A stretch of 32,000 nucleotides of DNA from Promethearchaeota archaeon (lineage in GTDB: Archaea > Asgardarchaeota > Lokiarchaeia > Sigyniarchaeales > Promethearchaeaceae): positions 30,001-62,000 of the forward strand of contig JAFGBS010000009.1 of the NCBI GenBank assembly GCA_016933055.1. The letters run 5' to 3'. Positions 18,185 to 27,327 of the stretch are shown piece after piece; position 1 is the first letter of the stretch, and every line of letters begins with the position of its first letter. The notes beneath the pieces were generated by a model, which was not told the origin of the DNA, searched no databases, and was given only the letters and a program-made list of their open reading frames with translations. The translations under genes and the position numbers were made by a program.

Positions 18185-18200
18185 TTTATAAAAGTTCTCC
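18185..18200 (-). promoter_or_regulatory. Archaeal BRE/TATA promoter of the lcrH-FHIPEP operon (probably near-leaderless mRNA)
   Basis: Minus strand reads GGAGAAC-TTTTATAAA; the TATA element ends 23 nt upstream of the ATG at 18162. Confidence 0.55.
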
Positions 18201-18277
18201 TAGTTCTATATTGGGTAGAAAATAAGCACTGAACCGAAGTAAGATCTAAGAATCCCTTTATCTGATACTAAATTTGT

Positions 18278-19096
18278 TTAGATAGTTACACTGACCATTA
18301 AACCCCGATGATCGGATGAAGAACGGTTCCATACTAAATCTGCGGTGTGTTTTACCACGGTACATAAATGGTTAATCCATATGTAGTCAATTCGTAAGAA
18401 AGGGAAACATACATGCCAGGTTTTTCCCAGAAACGGGGTTTTACCGGATGCAATCCAAGCATCTTGCAAGTGGGAAAACAAGCTCCAATAGCTAATATCT
18501 ATTAAATAATTAGGAGTATTGAAGTCTCCCAGAAGTATTAGCGGTTTTGAATAATCAATAATATCCAATATTGATTGAACATGCTGGAATCTCCGGACAT
18601 ACCTTAATGGAATGTCTAAATGTGAGTTTATCACATTAATTAGTGTTCCATTGATATCTAGTTCTGCGATAAGGATTCCACGTGACAATACCTCATCCTC
18701 CCTAATCGTAATGAAATTTGTGCTCGTGATGTTATATCGAGATAATATAATTAATCCATAATCCCAGACGTTAAGTTCTGAGGGGATCGCAACATACTCA
18801 TAGGAGAGTGCTGAAGCATATTCAGCTATGCTGAGAGCGCGCTCATTCGCGATAATATTCGTTACCTCTTGTAAGGCTACAATGTCTGCATCTACTTGGG
18901 TAATAAGGTCCATAGTTGCATCATTCGACCCAAACTGCACATTATATGTAAAAATTTTCACTGAATTAGTCATATCTCTCGTTGTGGAAACGGACAGATT
19001 AAAAAAGACAGGGATCAAAATGTGGATTATATAGATTGATAAAAGAATGGTCAATGTATATGCCGCTTTTTTCCATTTTTCAGCTATAAATTTCAT
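18278..19096 (-). CDS. Endonuclease/exonuclease/phosphatase (EEP) family protein with N-terminal TM anchor
   Basis: TYNV, DIVALQEV, NSHL, LLGDFN, RIDYIW, SSDH catalytic motifs. ATG at 19096 preferred over TTG at 19108. Confidence 0.93.
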   Translation of the reverse strand: MKFIAEKWKKAAYTLTILLSIYIIHILIPVFFNLSVSTTRDMTNSVKIFTYNVQFGSNDATMDLITQVDADIVALQEVTNIIANERALSIAEYASALSYEYVAIPSELNVWDYGLIILSRYNITSTNFITIREDEVLSRGILIAELDINGTLINVINSHLDIPLRYVRRFQHVQSILDIIDYSKPLILLGDFNTPNYLIDISYWSLFSHLQDAWIASGKTPFLGKTWHVCFPFLRIDYIWINHLCTVVKHTADLVWNRSSSDHRGLMVSVTI

Positions 19097-19142
19097 GAGA
19101 CAACTCAAAGACAGTAAAATGTGCCCTAATATGTTTGGGTTA

Positions 19143-19225
19143 GATGTGAAAAAAGTGGGATGTGAAAAATGGGGGGTTTTTTATTAATGGTGTGCTAAAC
19201 AAAAAAAGAGGAATCTCACATCCCA
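19143..19225. repeat. GATGTGA motif cluster (direct plus inverted repeat) in a divergent promoter region
   Basis: GATGTGAAAAA at 19143-19153 and 19159-19169; TGGGATGTGA (19156-19165) / TCACATCCCA (19216-19225). Confidence 0.5.
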
Positions 19226-19336
19226 GAGAACGATATCATTTAAAGTATAAAAAGACTAAGTGTGGAGCTAAAAAGCAATACTTAAGACTGTGAGACGCCA
19301 TTTTTATTTCAACAAATATATAAAAAGAATTGGAAC

Positions 19337-19471
19337 ATGTCCCAATTTAAAAAGAAACCTGAGAGAAAACCGGATAAAAAAAATCTCGGATTTTTCATGG
19401 TGAATGATGTAGATAAAGCGCTTCGAGACGTCAAACGTAAAGAAGCTGAATACGAAGATGATGAAGATTAA
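19337..19471 (+). CDS. Small 44-aa charged protein (not in the supplied ORF track)
   Basis: MSQFKKKPERKPDKKNLGFFMVNDVDKALRDVKRKEAEYEDDED*. ATG start, protein-like composition, fills an otherwise empty gap. Confidence 0.5.
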   Translation: MSQFKKKPERKPDKKNLGFFMVNDVDKALRDVKRKEAEYEDDED

Positions 19472-19567
19472 GATCCAAGCTTATATCAAAATCAAGTATT
19501 TTTGTTCTTTTTTTTAGAAACATTTCCAAAGGATTCATTCATAGGAGTAATGCGGTTTTTTATTCCT

Positions 19568-20038
19568 ATGGAATTACTTGGTTTCTTGGTCTTTACAGAA
19601 AGTTATCATAATTCGAAACGCATGTTTAAGTTAGTATCCCGATTCCCCCCGTTTAATCCCGATAATCGAGATACCTTACATTATTTAGAACTTACCGTTA
19701 GAGAATTTTTACTACAATCCCACCCAATAACTCAGTATTGGACATGGCATCGTGGAGGGAGAGATGTCTATGGAGCCGTATCATTCTGCTCGGGAATTAA
19801 TCAATATTTGGTTATGTGTTTCGGTTCAACTTCTGAATATTATTTAGAGAACTCTCTTTTAACCCTACAGAAATATTTAGAGGATAATAAAATGCAGGAA
19901 AGATTATTGAATAGCCTATTTTCATTAGATGCTGAACTACCACTTAGGATTTTAAGGGAGTTTTCAACCCAGATTTCTCAATTACTGAAATTACGTAATG
20001 CTAAATATTATTCCAATGATACTGTTTTTATCCCGTAG
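19568..20038 (+). CDS. Longin/uDENN-like fold protein (putative)
   Basis: b-b-a-b-b-b-a pattern: LLGFLVF / KLVSRFPP / helix / YWTW / RDVYGAVSF / YLVMCFGS / helix, resembling uDENN segments. ATG at 19568 preferred over the TTG-type start at 19502. Confidence 0.5.
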   Translation: MELLGFLVFTESYHNSKRMFKLVSRFPPFNPDNRDTLHYLELTVREFLLQSHPITQYWTWHRGGRDVYGAVSFCSGINQYLVMCFGSTSEYYLENSLLTLQKYLEDNKMQERLLNSLFSLDAELPLRILREFSTQISQLLKLRNAKYYSNDTVFIP

Positions 20039-20053
20039 AAATAAATAAAATCT

Positions 20054-20431
20054 TCACCCATGTTTTGACTCAGGGATATGTTTTCTTTCGACTATTCTGT
20101 CTCTATTCTTCGTTGCCGCAATATAGATCGCTCTAATACTTGCCCACAATGACGGTGAAGCAACAGCCATTATCGGAGTAACGAAAAACATCATCATCAA
20201 TGGAAAAGCAATAGCTCCTCCAATTCCTCCAGTATCCACATCTCGTACTAGTATGAAATTCAACAAAAAATTGATTGCAAGCATAATACCGATATTACAT
20301 AACCACGAGAATGTATTAGCTCTTAATCGTGTTTGCTTTCGAAACACGAATCGAAAAAATAAGATATTGATTACTAATCCCATTACAGAGGAAATCAAGA
20401 TAAACAATAATAGTACTTCTTCGGAATTCAT
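20054..20431 (-). CDS. Hypothetical membrane protein (about 3 TM)
   Basis: Three hydrophobic segments and a basic C-tail. ATG at 20431 is in frame with GTG at 20440. Confidence 0.65.
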   Translation of the reverse strand: MNSEEVLLLFILISSVMGLVINILFFRFVFRKQTRLRANTFSWLCNIGIMLAINFLLNFILVRDVDTGGIGGAIAFPLMMMFFVTPIMAVASPSLWASIRAIYIAATKNRDRIVERKHIPESKHG

Positions 20432-20510
20432 AAGGAACACTTAAAGGATTGTTTAGGTATGGATGCTCAAACCTCCCTATAAATGTAAGTGAGGGAAAAA
20501 TTATTGATCG

Positions 20511-21716
20511 TTAACTAGCGGACTTAATCATAATGGAGAATAACCACCACCATCGGTTTATCGCTTTGCCTGTAGCTAGTAACCGGAATAAAAATGCTTC
20601 TGAAATCCCGATTAATGAATAAGATTTCTTTATGTGCTTGAAAATTTTAGTGTTTCGGAATTGATTTTCGAGATTTCTTGAAGCGACAACATTCCATACT
20701 CCATTTTTTTTCAAAAAAATATCGAGAATGTTTACCCATTCTTCCGCCATTTTCATACCGTAGTATAGACCGGAGGATCCATTAGCATCAACAAAACCTG
20801 CAGCATCCCCGATAATTACCACTCCTCCATTTCCGAGTACAAACGATTCCACCAAAGATGCATTCGGCATGCCAGTTAAGGCTTCATATTCCACTTCGAT
20901 TTCCTTAAATACCTCAGAAAAACCGGGATACTCTTCTTTCAATCGCCTCCATACTTGCATAATTACTTCGTCTGATGGCAATTCTGCGGATTTTATTTTT
21001 GGAACTTGTCCCATGCGTAACATAACTCCTGCTTCAATATTGTTCCCCCCGATAGGGAATACATACGCTGCACATGGAGGAAATAAGGGTGCATACTCTA
21101 AATCACCATTCGGAATTAACCAGAACTGGGGATTCGGGGTTTTTTGTATATCAATATTTGCGTTTTTGCCCCGAAATTTTACAATTGGGCAATTTATTTT
21201 TGAATAATCCACACCTAATGAACTTCCGATAGTACTATAGTATCCATCGCATGCAAGTACAACTCGAGCTTGAATTTTTTGGTCCTTCCCAGATTCATCC
21301 GTATAGGATACTCCCGTGCATATTTCCATTTCATTCATTAATGCAGACTGAACTTCACAATTATATCGAATTTCAACCCCGGCCTCAGAGGCGGATTGAA
21401 CAAACCGATCGATAAACTCTCGCCATTCAAAGAAATAATATGGGACGTGGACATTGACTAAAGTGGTTTTCTTATCTCCTGGACTGTGATATCTTCGATA
21501 GGAAGGTTTCACGGTAGCTATGTCTTGAAGGAATCCCTCCCCCAGGATTTCATCTACTAAGGGATAATATGCCATAGATTCCCCTCGGGGTAAAGGTCCC
21601 GCGATGTTCCCTTTTTCCAATATTGTAACTTTATATCCTTTTCGTGCTGCGAGCGTGGCCGCGGTCAATCCTGCCGTTCCCGCGCCTATGATGCAAAAAT
21701 CACAATCATGGTTCAT
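20511..21716 (-). CDS. FAD-dependent oxidoreductase, geranylgeranyl-reductase-like (FixC/GGR family)
   Basis: IIGAGTAG...ILEK Rossmann motif, ARVVLACDG, YVFP, IGDAAGFV...G.SG.YYGM. ATG at 21716. Confidence 0.88.
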   Translation of the reverse strand: MNHDCDFCIIGAGTAGLTAATLAARKGYKVTILEKGNIAGPLPRGESMAYYPLVDEILGEGFLQDIATVKPSYRRYHSPGDKKTTLVNVHVPYYFFEWREFIDRFVQSASEAGVEIRYNCEVQSALMNEMEICTGVSYTDESGKDQKIQARVVLACDGYYSTIGSSLGVDYSKINCPIVKFRGKNANIDIQKTPNPQFWLIPNGDLEYAPLFPPCAAYVFPIGGNNIEAGVMLRMGQVPKIKSAELPSDEVIMQVWRRLKEEYPGFSEVFKEIEVEYEALTGMPNASLVESFVLGNGGVVIIGDAAGFVDANGSSGLYYGMKMAEEWVNILDIFLKKNGVWNVVASRNLENQFRNTKIFKHIKKSYSLIGISEAFLFRLLATGKAINRWWWLFSIMIKSAS

Positions 21717-21851
21717 AAGTAAGTAATTGTGGATTTCACTCTTTAAAAATGTAAAACTATAGAAAACGCAAACAGTCAATAAATTACATTAAAAACACAA
21801 AATTTCGATCCCACCAGCCCTTTTTATATTCTATTTAAGAACTGGATCCAT

Positions 21852-22190
21852 ATGGCAAAAATGTATAACCTAACAGGAGGAACTGCATTTGATCTGTTAC
21901 GCATGGGCGATTTTATAACTATCATAGCTCGTGCTCAAGATTATGCTTTATACTCCTCGTTGATGTCGGGATTAGATGCAGATGTAAGGGAAAAATATTA
22001 CAAACAAGCTTTGGAATGGTTTGATTTTGTAATTGAGCGGAATCCCCTATTCTCACATGATGCGTATTTAGGTAAAATATACGCATTATATTTGAAAGGA
22101 GATGTGAACCAAGCCAGGTACGTATATGATGAAATGAAGAAGAATGAAAATACAGATGAATTCAATCCATTAACCAGATTATTTTCGTGA
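21852..22190 (+). CDS. Small TPR-like helical protein
   Basis: YYKQALEWFDFVIERNP...AYLGKIYALYLKGDVNQARYVY resembles one TPR pair. Confidence 0.6.
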   Translation: MAKMYNLTGGTAFDLLRMGDFITIIARAQDYALYSSLMSGLDADVREKYYKQALEWFDFVIERNPLFSHDAYLGKIYALYLKGDVNQARYVYDEMKKNENTDEFNPLTRLFS

Positions 22191-22241
22191 TGATAGTCGA
22201 GTTAAAAAAAATAAAAAGAGAGTAGTAATAAATTTAATGCT

Positions 22242-23663
22242 TTATTTTACATAGGATACCATTTCAACGTCCCATAGGGAACCCCTTAATCCAATTGGGT
22301 CCTTCCAATCCCGTTTTCGACCTGCTTTCGGAATCTTCAATAGACTGAGGAAGAATTCGAAAGATCCGTATCCTCGTGCAATGCGATCCCATGCAAATAG
22401 TCCGAAAGTCCAAATCAGCATCAAAATTGCAACAGTAATCCATGTCCACATTGCATTAAGACCATATCTCGAGATAAAATCTGCACCAGCTCCGCTGGGT
22501 ACGATCACACTCATAAGGAATCGCAAAATGAAATCTAAGATACCTAAGAAATACACAGTAAGTGCAAAAACTCCAAATCTCCGAATCCATCGGGTTCCTT
22601 TCAACCATCTTTGTTCATTAATACGAGGATTAAATTCCACCCAGCTTAATAAAGCTAAAATTAATGGAGCTTGCAACCCAAAAGAGACAAAAGCAAACCA
22701 TCGTGGATGAATGTGAAAACCCAAATCTAATGCGGCTCCATTCAAGAATCCTCCATCATGGATGAACAAAAATTCTGCAGCCCCCCAAATCACTGCTAGT
22801 AAACTCGGAAGGCACATCCAACGTAGATGTTTTCTTTTGGGTTCATCTTGAAGAATGACATATGCAATCCCTGCACCAAAGAAATAGGATGCCATCATTG
22901 GAAAAAGAGGCGCTTCTCTACCGGAAATCCAGTTCATTGCGACACGATACATAACTAAACCGAAATTATTGAAGAAATCCCCTAGTGTGGTAAATACATC
23001 GTGGAAATATACACCTGGTGAAACAGCTCGGAAACCCTCGAGCATGGTAATATCAATTCCCACAACATTTGTGGCCCAATCTCCGACGATCGGACTGATT
23101 GCAATAATTACTATTCCAATTACATAACAAACCGCCATCTTGATCATCCAACTGTATTTTCCTTTGAATAATTGGAATAATAGGAAGAAAAAGGATGTAA
23201 CAATCATCATTAATCCAATAGATTCAATTGCCTCAATTAAAAAGAACATATCCCAATGACTTGCCCAGATGTCAGAAATCGGAACCGAACCGATAGGAAT
23301 TTGTCGAGACCAAATCTCAACAAAACCCCAGTACGGGAACACAGTTACCCAGAGTTTGCCTACTAATATCAAAATTAATCCAGCAAATAATTGTTTTCCC
23401 CAAACTCCCCAAAGATTTTTCCCATTTTTAACGGCATTTTCCAACTGATAAAAATTAACAACAGCACTTATCATTAAAAAGAAACCTCTCCAGTGGATAA
23501 AGATGAATATAAACGCAGCTAATAAAATCAGTCCTATATTACCAGAACCTAGAATAGAATTAGGGTCGGAAAATTTATCCCAAGATGTAAAGAGAAAGTG
23601 AAACATTGCTGTAAAAAAGATGGCAATACCTCTCCAAAAATCCAAACTTGTTAATCGTTTCAT
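22242..23663 (-). CDS. HGSNAT/DUF1624-like multi-pass membrane acyltransferase
   Basis: KRLTSLDFWRGIAI, FFLMISA, IEAIESIG, PLFP, RRFG.FALTVY, GSFE motifs; about 11-12 TM. Confidence 0.75.
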   Translation of the reverse strand: MKRLTSLDFWRGIAIFFTAMFHFLFTSWDKFSDPNSILGSGNIGLILLAAFIFIFIHWRGFFLMISAVVNFYQLENAVKNGKNLWGVWGKQLFAGLILILVGKLWVTVFPYWGFVEIWSRQIPIGSVPISDIWASHWDMFFLIEAIESIGLMMIVTSFFFLLFQLFKGKYSWMIKMAVCYVIGIVIIAISPIVGDWATNVVGIDITMLEGFRAVSPGVYFHDVFTTLGDFFNNFGLVMYRVAMNWISGREAPLFPMMASYFFGAGIAYVILQDEPKRKHLRWMCLPSLLAVIWGAAEFLFIHDGGFLNGAALDLGFHIHPRWFAFVSFGLQAPLILALLSWVEFNPRINEQRWLKGTRWIRRFGVFALTVYFLGILDFILRFLMSVIVPSGAGADFISRYGLNAMWTWITVAILMLIWTFGLFAWDRIARGYGSFEFFLSLLKIPKAGRKRDWKDPIGLRGSLWDVEMVSYVK

Positions 23664-23831
23664 GAAAAATCACTAAATTAATTTTCTCATATATCTCTAC
23701 TTGTTCTTAACGGTAGTTATTCCTATCTTATCCAATTAGTATTAAAAGATTGTGTTTGGTTACATTGGAATGAGGGGATTTTCTATGGAATACTATTTTT
23801 ATGCATCCATGGGAGGAAAACGGAATGCATA

Positions 23832-25502
23832 TTAAGCAACCGCTTCGATTAATTCTCTTCCTATTTTGGGATGAGTCTTATGCTCAATAAAAAAATACGG
23901 TGTGACATCATATAATGATTTAAGAACATTAATACGAGAAAAAGTAACATTTTTCCACGCGGTTTTTATTCGAGACGTGAAAACAGTTAATCCTTCCAAA
24001 GTGATTTTTTTGTTAGATTTCCTGCTTTTAATTATCCAAACGAATACATCAACTATCGCAATAGTTATACTGAAAATAGTAGACAGTACCTTTGTGATGA
24101 AGATTATCAACCATTCAAAACTCAAGAAATAGTTGTTCTGCCGTGCTATTTCCTGCGCTTTTTTGAATGTTATTTGCTTTCGGAATTTAGGGAATAACGC
24201 AAGAATGGGAACAATGGGTAGTAAGATAATTACGATCAGAAATCCGCTATTTTCCCAAATCCTTAATATTATATCAAAATAAAATGCTGCAACTACCATT
24301 AAAATGCATGACCATAACATGGTCTGCCTTCCGTGATTGATGAAATCTAAGCCGGTAAATATTGTAAATAATTTACGAGGGTAGATATCTAACAATTGCA
24401 ACATGTATACAGTTAATGCAAGCAATCCCCAGCGACGTAAAAAAGTGGTTGCTTCTGCATAGCGATATAAATTTGCTGATTTTCGGAATTCAAATAACCG
24501 CATAAGTAAAAATACATATAACAAGTACAAACCTTGATTGATTAGGAGAAACCAGACGGGAGATACGCGGAACCACATATTAAAAGAGAGGTGTTCCACA
24601 AACACCCAGTAGTGTACTCCTGTTAAAATAAATCCTAATGCAACTAAACATCCCCTTCTGGCTATGCGTTTATCGGTATTTGGTTGGGTTAACCGATGTC
24701 CAATAATGCAACCGATACACACACAAAAGAAATTTGGAAAGATGGGTTCTTCAAGACCTGCGATAGCATACCATAACAGACGCATGAATTTCTCTTTTTC
24801 ATTAGAGAAACCATTAAAATATCCTCCTAGAGTAATATCCCATCCCACGATTTCACTTAATTTTACTTGCACGAACGGTGTTGCAAATAAGAAGAAAAAA
24901 CCTAACAAGGTGAGTGTTGTATAAAACAGGAAATTTTTATTGTATGGTTTCATGTTACGGATTTTTATGAACAAATAATTTATTATAGTCAAGAAAATTA
25001 CGGCTAATCCGATTACCTGCAAAGTTTCGAATAAATACAATCCTTTCCATTGAGATTGGATCAAAGCAGATAACAGTCCATCGGGATCATACCCTGCCCA
25101 TATCCGAATCGGATATTGATAAAATACACCATGCCAAGGATTAAAAAAACTCTCCCGTAGTAATCCTAACCCGTACATCAGGATTCCTTTTACGAAATTT
25201 TTCACTAACAGATTTTCTGGATTCCTTCCTCTTTCAACAGATTTAATGAAATTAAACTGGTGAATTATTGCAGATAAAAACAAAAATAGTGAGCGGGAAT
25301 GCCCTAACGTGAACAGCAGAACTCCGATTATTATTACAAAGATGCTTATTTCAGACAACTCGAGATTATGAAAAGTGGTTAAATCCATCACATTTGTCCA
25401 TGTGTGAATAATTGTCATAAAAAATATCGAAATACCTCGTAGCACATCGATCGTGAGAAATCGAGTACCCCTTCCCACTTTTGTCTGAAGATTGCTCTCC
25501 AT
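23832..25502 (-). CDS. HGSNAT/DUF1624-like multi-pass membrane acyltransferase (tandem paralog)
   Basis: RFLTIDVLRGISI, LFLFLSA, FETLQVIG, PIFP, RRWG.LALTVY, LSFEW; colinear with 22242-23663. Confidence 0.75.
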   Translation of the reverse strand: MESNLQTKVGRGTRFLTIDVLRGISIFFMTIIHTWTNVMDLTTFHNLELSEISIFVIIIGVLLFTLGHSRSLFLFLSAIIHQFNFIKSVERGRNPENLLVKNFVKGILMYGLGLLRESFFNPWHGVFYQYPIRIWAGYDPDGLLSALIQSQWKGLYLFETLQVIGLAVIFLTIINYLFIKIRNMKPYNKNFLFYTTLTLLGFFFLFATPFVQVKLSEIVGWDITLGGYFNGFSNEKEKFMRLLWYAIAGLEEPIFPNFFCVCIGCIIGHRLTQPNTDKRIARRGCLVALGFILTGVHYWVFVEHLSFNMWFRVSPVWFLLINQGLYLLYVFLLMRLFEFRKSANLYRYAEATTFLRRWGLLALTVYMLQLLDIYPRKLFTIFTGLDFINHGRQTMLWSCILMVVAAFYFDIILRIWENSGFLIVIILLPIVPILALFPKFRKQITFKKAQEIARQNNYFLSFEWLIIFITKVLSTIFSITIAIVDVFVWIIKSRKSNKKITLEGLTVFTSRIKTAWKNVTFSRINVLKSLYDVTPYFFIEHKTHPKIGRELIEAVA

Positions 25503-25622
25503 ACTGTTTGTGTAGTGGTCAATGGTTATAAATATTCCATACTTTCAGCTGCTCGAAGTAGAAATAAATACGCAATATTAAGAAAAGAGTAAATAAATTT
25601 AGATAATTGAAATTGAGAAAAG

Positions 25623-25633
25623 AAAAAAAAAAA
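25623..25633 (-). terminator. Oligo-U terminator
   Basis: A11 on the plus strand 4 nt past the stop at 25638. Confidence 0.45.
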
Positions 25634-25637
25634 GTAA

Positions 25638-26543
25638 TTATTTCTTCTTCCGTTTGATGATTAAATATAACGGAATAATGCCTAGAACCATCGCACCTAC
25701 TAAAATCCACAACGGATAGCCAGGTATTACAGCCGGATAATCATTCACAAGCTCATCTGGGTATACAACTTCATGTGTATATCGAGCTCGAACCGTTTCC
25801 GTAACAACTCCACTTGAATTTCCTTCAGAAGCATCTATTCTTGAAGTACACACGCTTTTTAGAAGCATATTTGAAGTCTTCCCGTAGGTTAATTCACTAG
25901 TAGAATGGAGAGTTATGTTTTCCCAAACCCCATCCGTCTCATTTCCGTATTGGATATCTAAGTCATAATTGATCTTTCTCGCCGATATACTGTTAATTGT
26001 AGTGCTATTTGTATCGAGAACAAAATATCCGCCGAAAGCTTTTATCAAAATATACACGAATACTATAGCTAACACACTTGGATCCAATAAAATATTCATT
26101 ATCATTAGTACCATCGTTTGATTTTCTGCAGATAAAGTCTGAATCTCTGTGAGATCTGTATTGAGTTCATTGAAAAATGATTTGAATTTTGTCATTAAAT
26201 CATTATCTTCTATATCTCCATCAATACTCATCGATTCTAAGGTCCAAATAGTTGGATCATTATATCCATAAGATGAAACATCAGCGGTACTTGCGGTATA
26301 CAATTTTCCTGTAATATTTATATGATCTGTTCCTGGTACAACTTCAGTAAAGTTCAATTTTCGATAGGAACTATTTAGATCAGCGACTTGCATGCTTTCG
26401 TCAAGCAGCTCTTCTGTATATCTATAAATGATCTCAGTTGTATCGTTGAACCATACTTGAGAAGAAGCGGCTTGTACAAACGGAACTAATAGAAAAAGCC
26501 CAATAATTCCCATACTTGCTAATAACAATTTTCCTTTTTTCAT
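25638..26543 (-). CDS. Acidic cell-surface protein with Loki-CTERM anchor
   Basis: Signal peptide MKKGKLLL...VQA; ends PAVIPGY-TM-IIKRKKK. ATG at 26543 (GTG at 26552 is in frame). Confidence 0.78.
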   Translation of the reverse strand: MKKGKLLLASMGIIGLFLLVPFVQAASSQVWFNDTTEIIYRYTEELLDESMQVADLNSSYRKLNFTEVVPGTDHINITGKLYTASTADVSSYGYNDPTIWTLESMSIDGDIEDNDLMTKFKSFFNELNTDLTEIQTLSAENQTMVLMIMNILLDPSVLAIVFVYILIKAFGGYFVLDTNSTTINSISARKINYDLDIQYGNETDGVWENITLHSTSELTYGKTSNMLLKSVCTSRIDASEGNSSGVVTETVRARYTHEVVYPDELVNDYPAVIPGYPLWILVGAMVLGIIPLYLIIKRKKK

Positions 26544-26955
26544 AATAACCACTCACTTAAAATTATCTTTAAGTTTGTCATAACCTTAGAATCAGTACCA
26601 GTATTTAATTATATGGGAACGATCATAATGGGATAATTATTCACGTAAGAAAACCCTTTATTGGTTTTTTTGCAGATGATGAAGCCTTGCGCGTCCCAAT
26701 GAAGTATAAGAGTATTACGTAGGGTCTTTTAGCAAAGGTCTACCTATAACTCATGAAAGTACCCTAAAGATAATTTAGCGTGTTCAAGTAAAACCACATA
26801 AGTTTTTGAGTGCAGATTATTTTCCCAATTTTACCTGATAATCGATATTATAAAGGAGAGTTACTACTCGAGTGCGGATATGAGGAAATAGGTAATAAAA
26901 AATCAATAATGAGAGAAGAAAAACAAGAATGACCACAAATTAAAAACATACACAC

Positions 26956-27231
26956 CTACTTTCTCCTTCGTACAAAAAATATTGCACATGCACTAATTAA
27001 CAGGAATATACCAAAAATGAAGAATGGAAGGTAAAGATAGCTACGATATTCACATACGAGGATGCATACTCGACTTGTAGGAATTCCAGGCCAAATAGTG
27101 CACGGGCTTGAGCAAAATGACCAAAAATCAGAAAATAATTTCAATTCATAGATTAAAATGGAAAATATCTCGAAACAAATTCCCATAGTTACTCCTGAGA
27201 ATCCTATTATACCCAGTATTCGTTTATACAT
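26956..27231 (-). CDS. Small 2-TM protein with Cys-containing loop (paralog A)
   Basis: TM-LFS.FW.FC..PC.IWPGI....C...C..RSYLY-TM-RRRK; paralogous to 29263-29544. Confidence 0.75.
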   Translation of the reverse strand: MYKRILGIIGFSGVTMGICFEIFSILIYELKLFSDFWSFCSSPCTIWPGIPTSRVCILVCEYRSYLYLPFFIFGIFLLISACAIFFVRRRK

Positions 27232-27327
27232 GTTCAGAACTTGTTATTTGGATGAATTTAGTCCTATTAAAACTTCACCTTGATCACTTTCATTCCCAAC
27301 AATTAGCGTTGATAGAAGAGGAAAGAA

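Noticed and set aside
26711-26723. 13-bp match AGTATTACGTAGG to the end of the 85-bp repeat
   Set aside because: The flanks do not align, and 13-mers recur by chance in 32 kb of AT-rich DNA.
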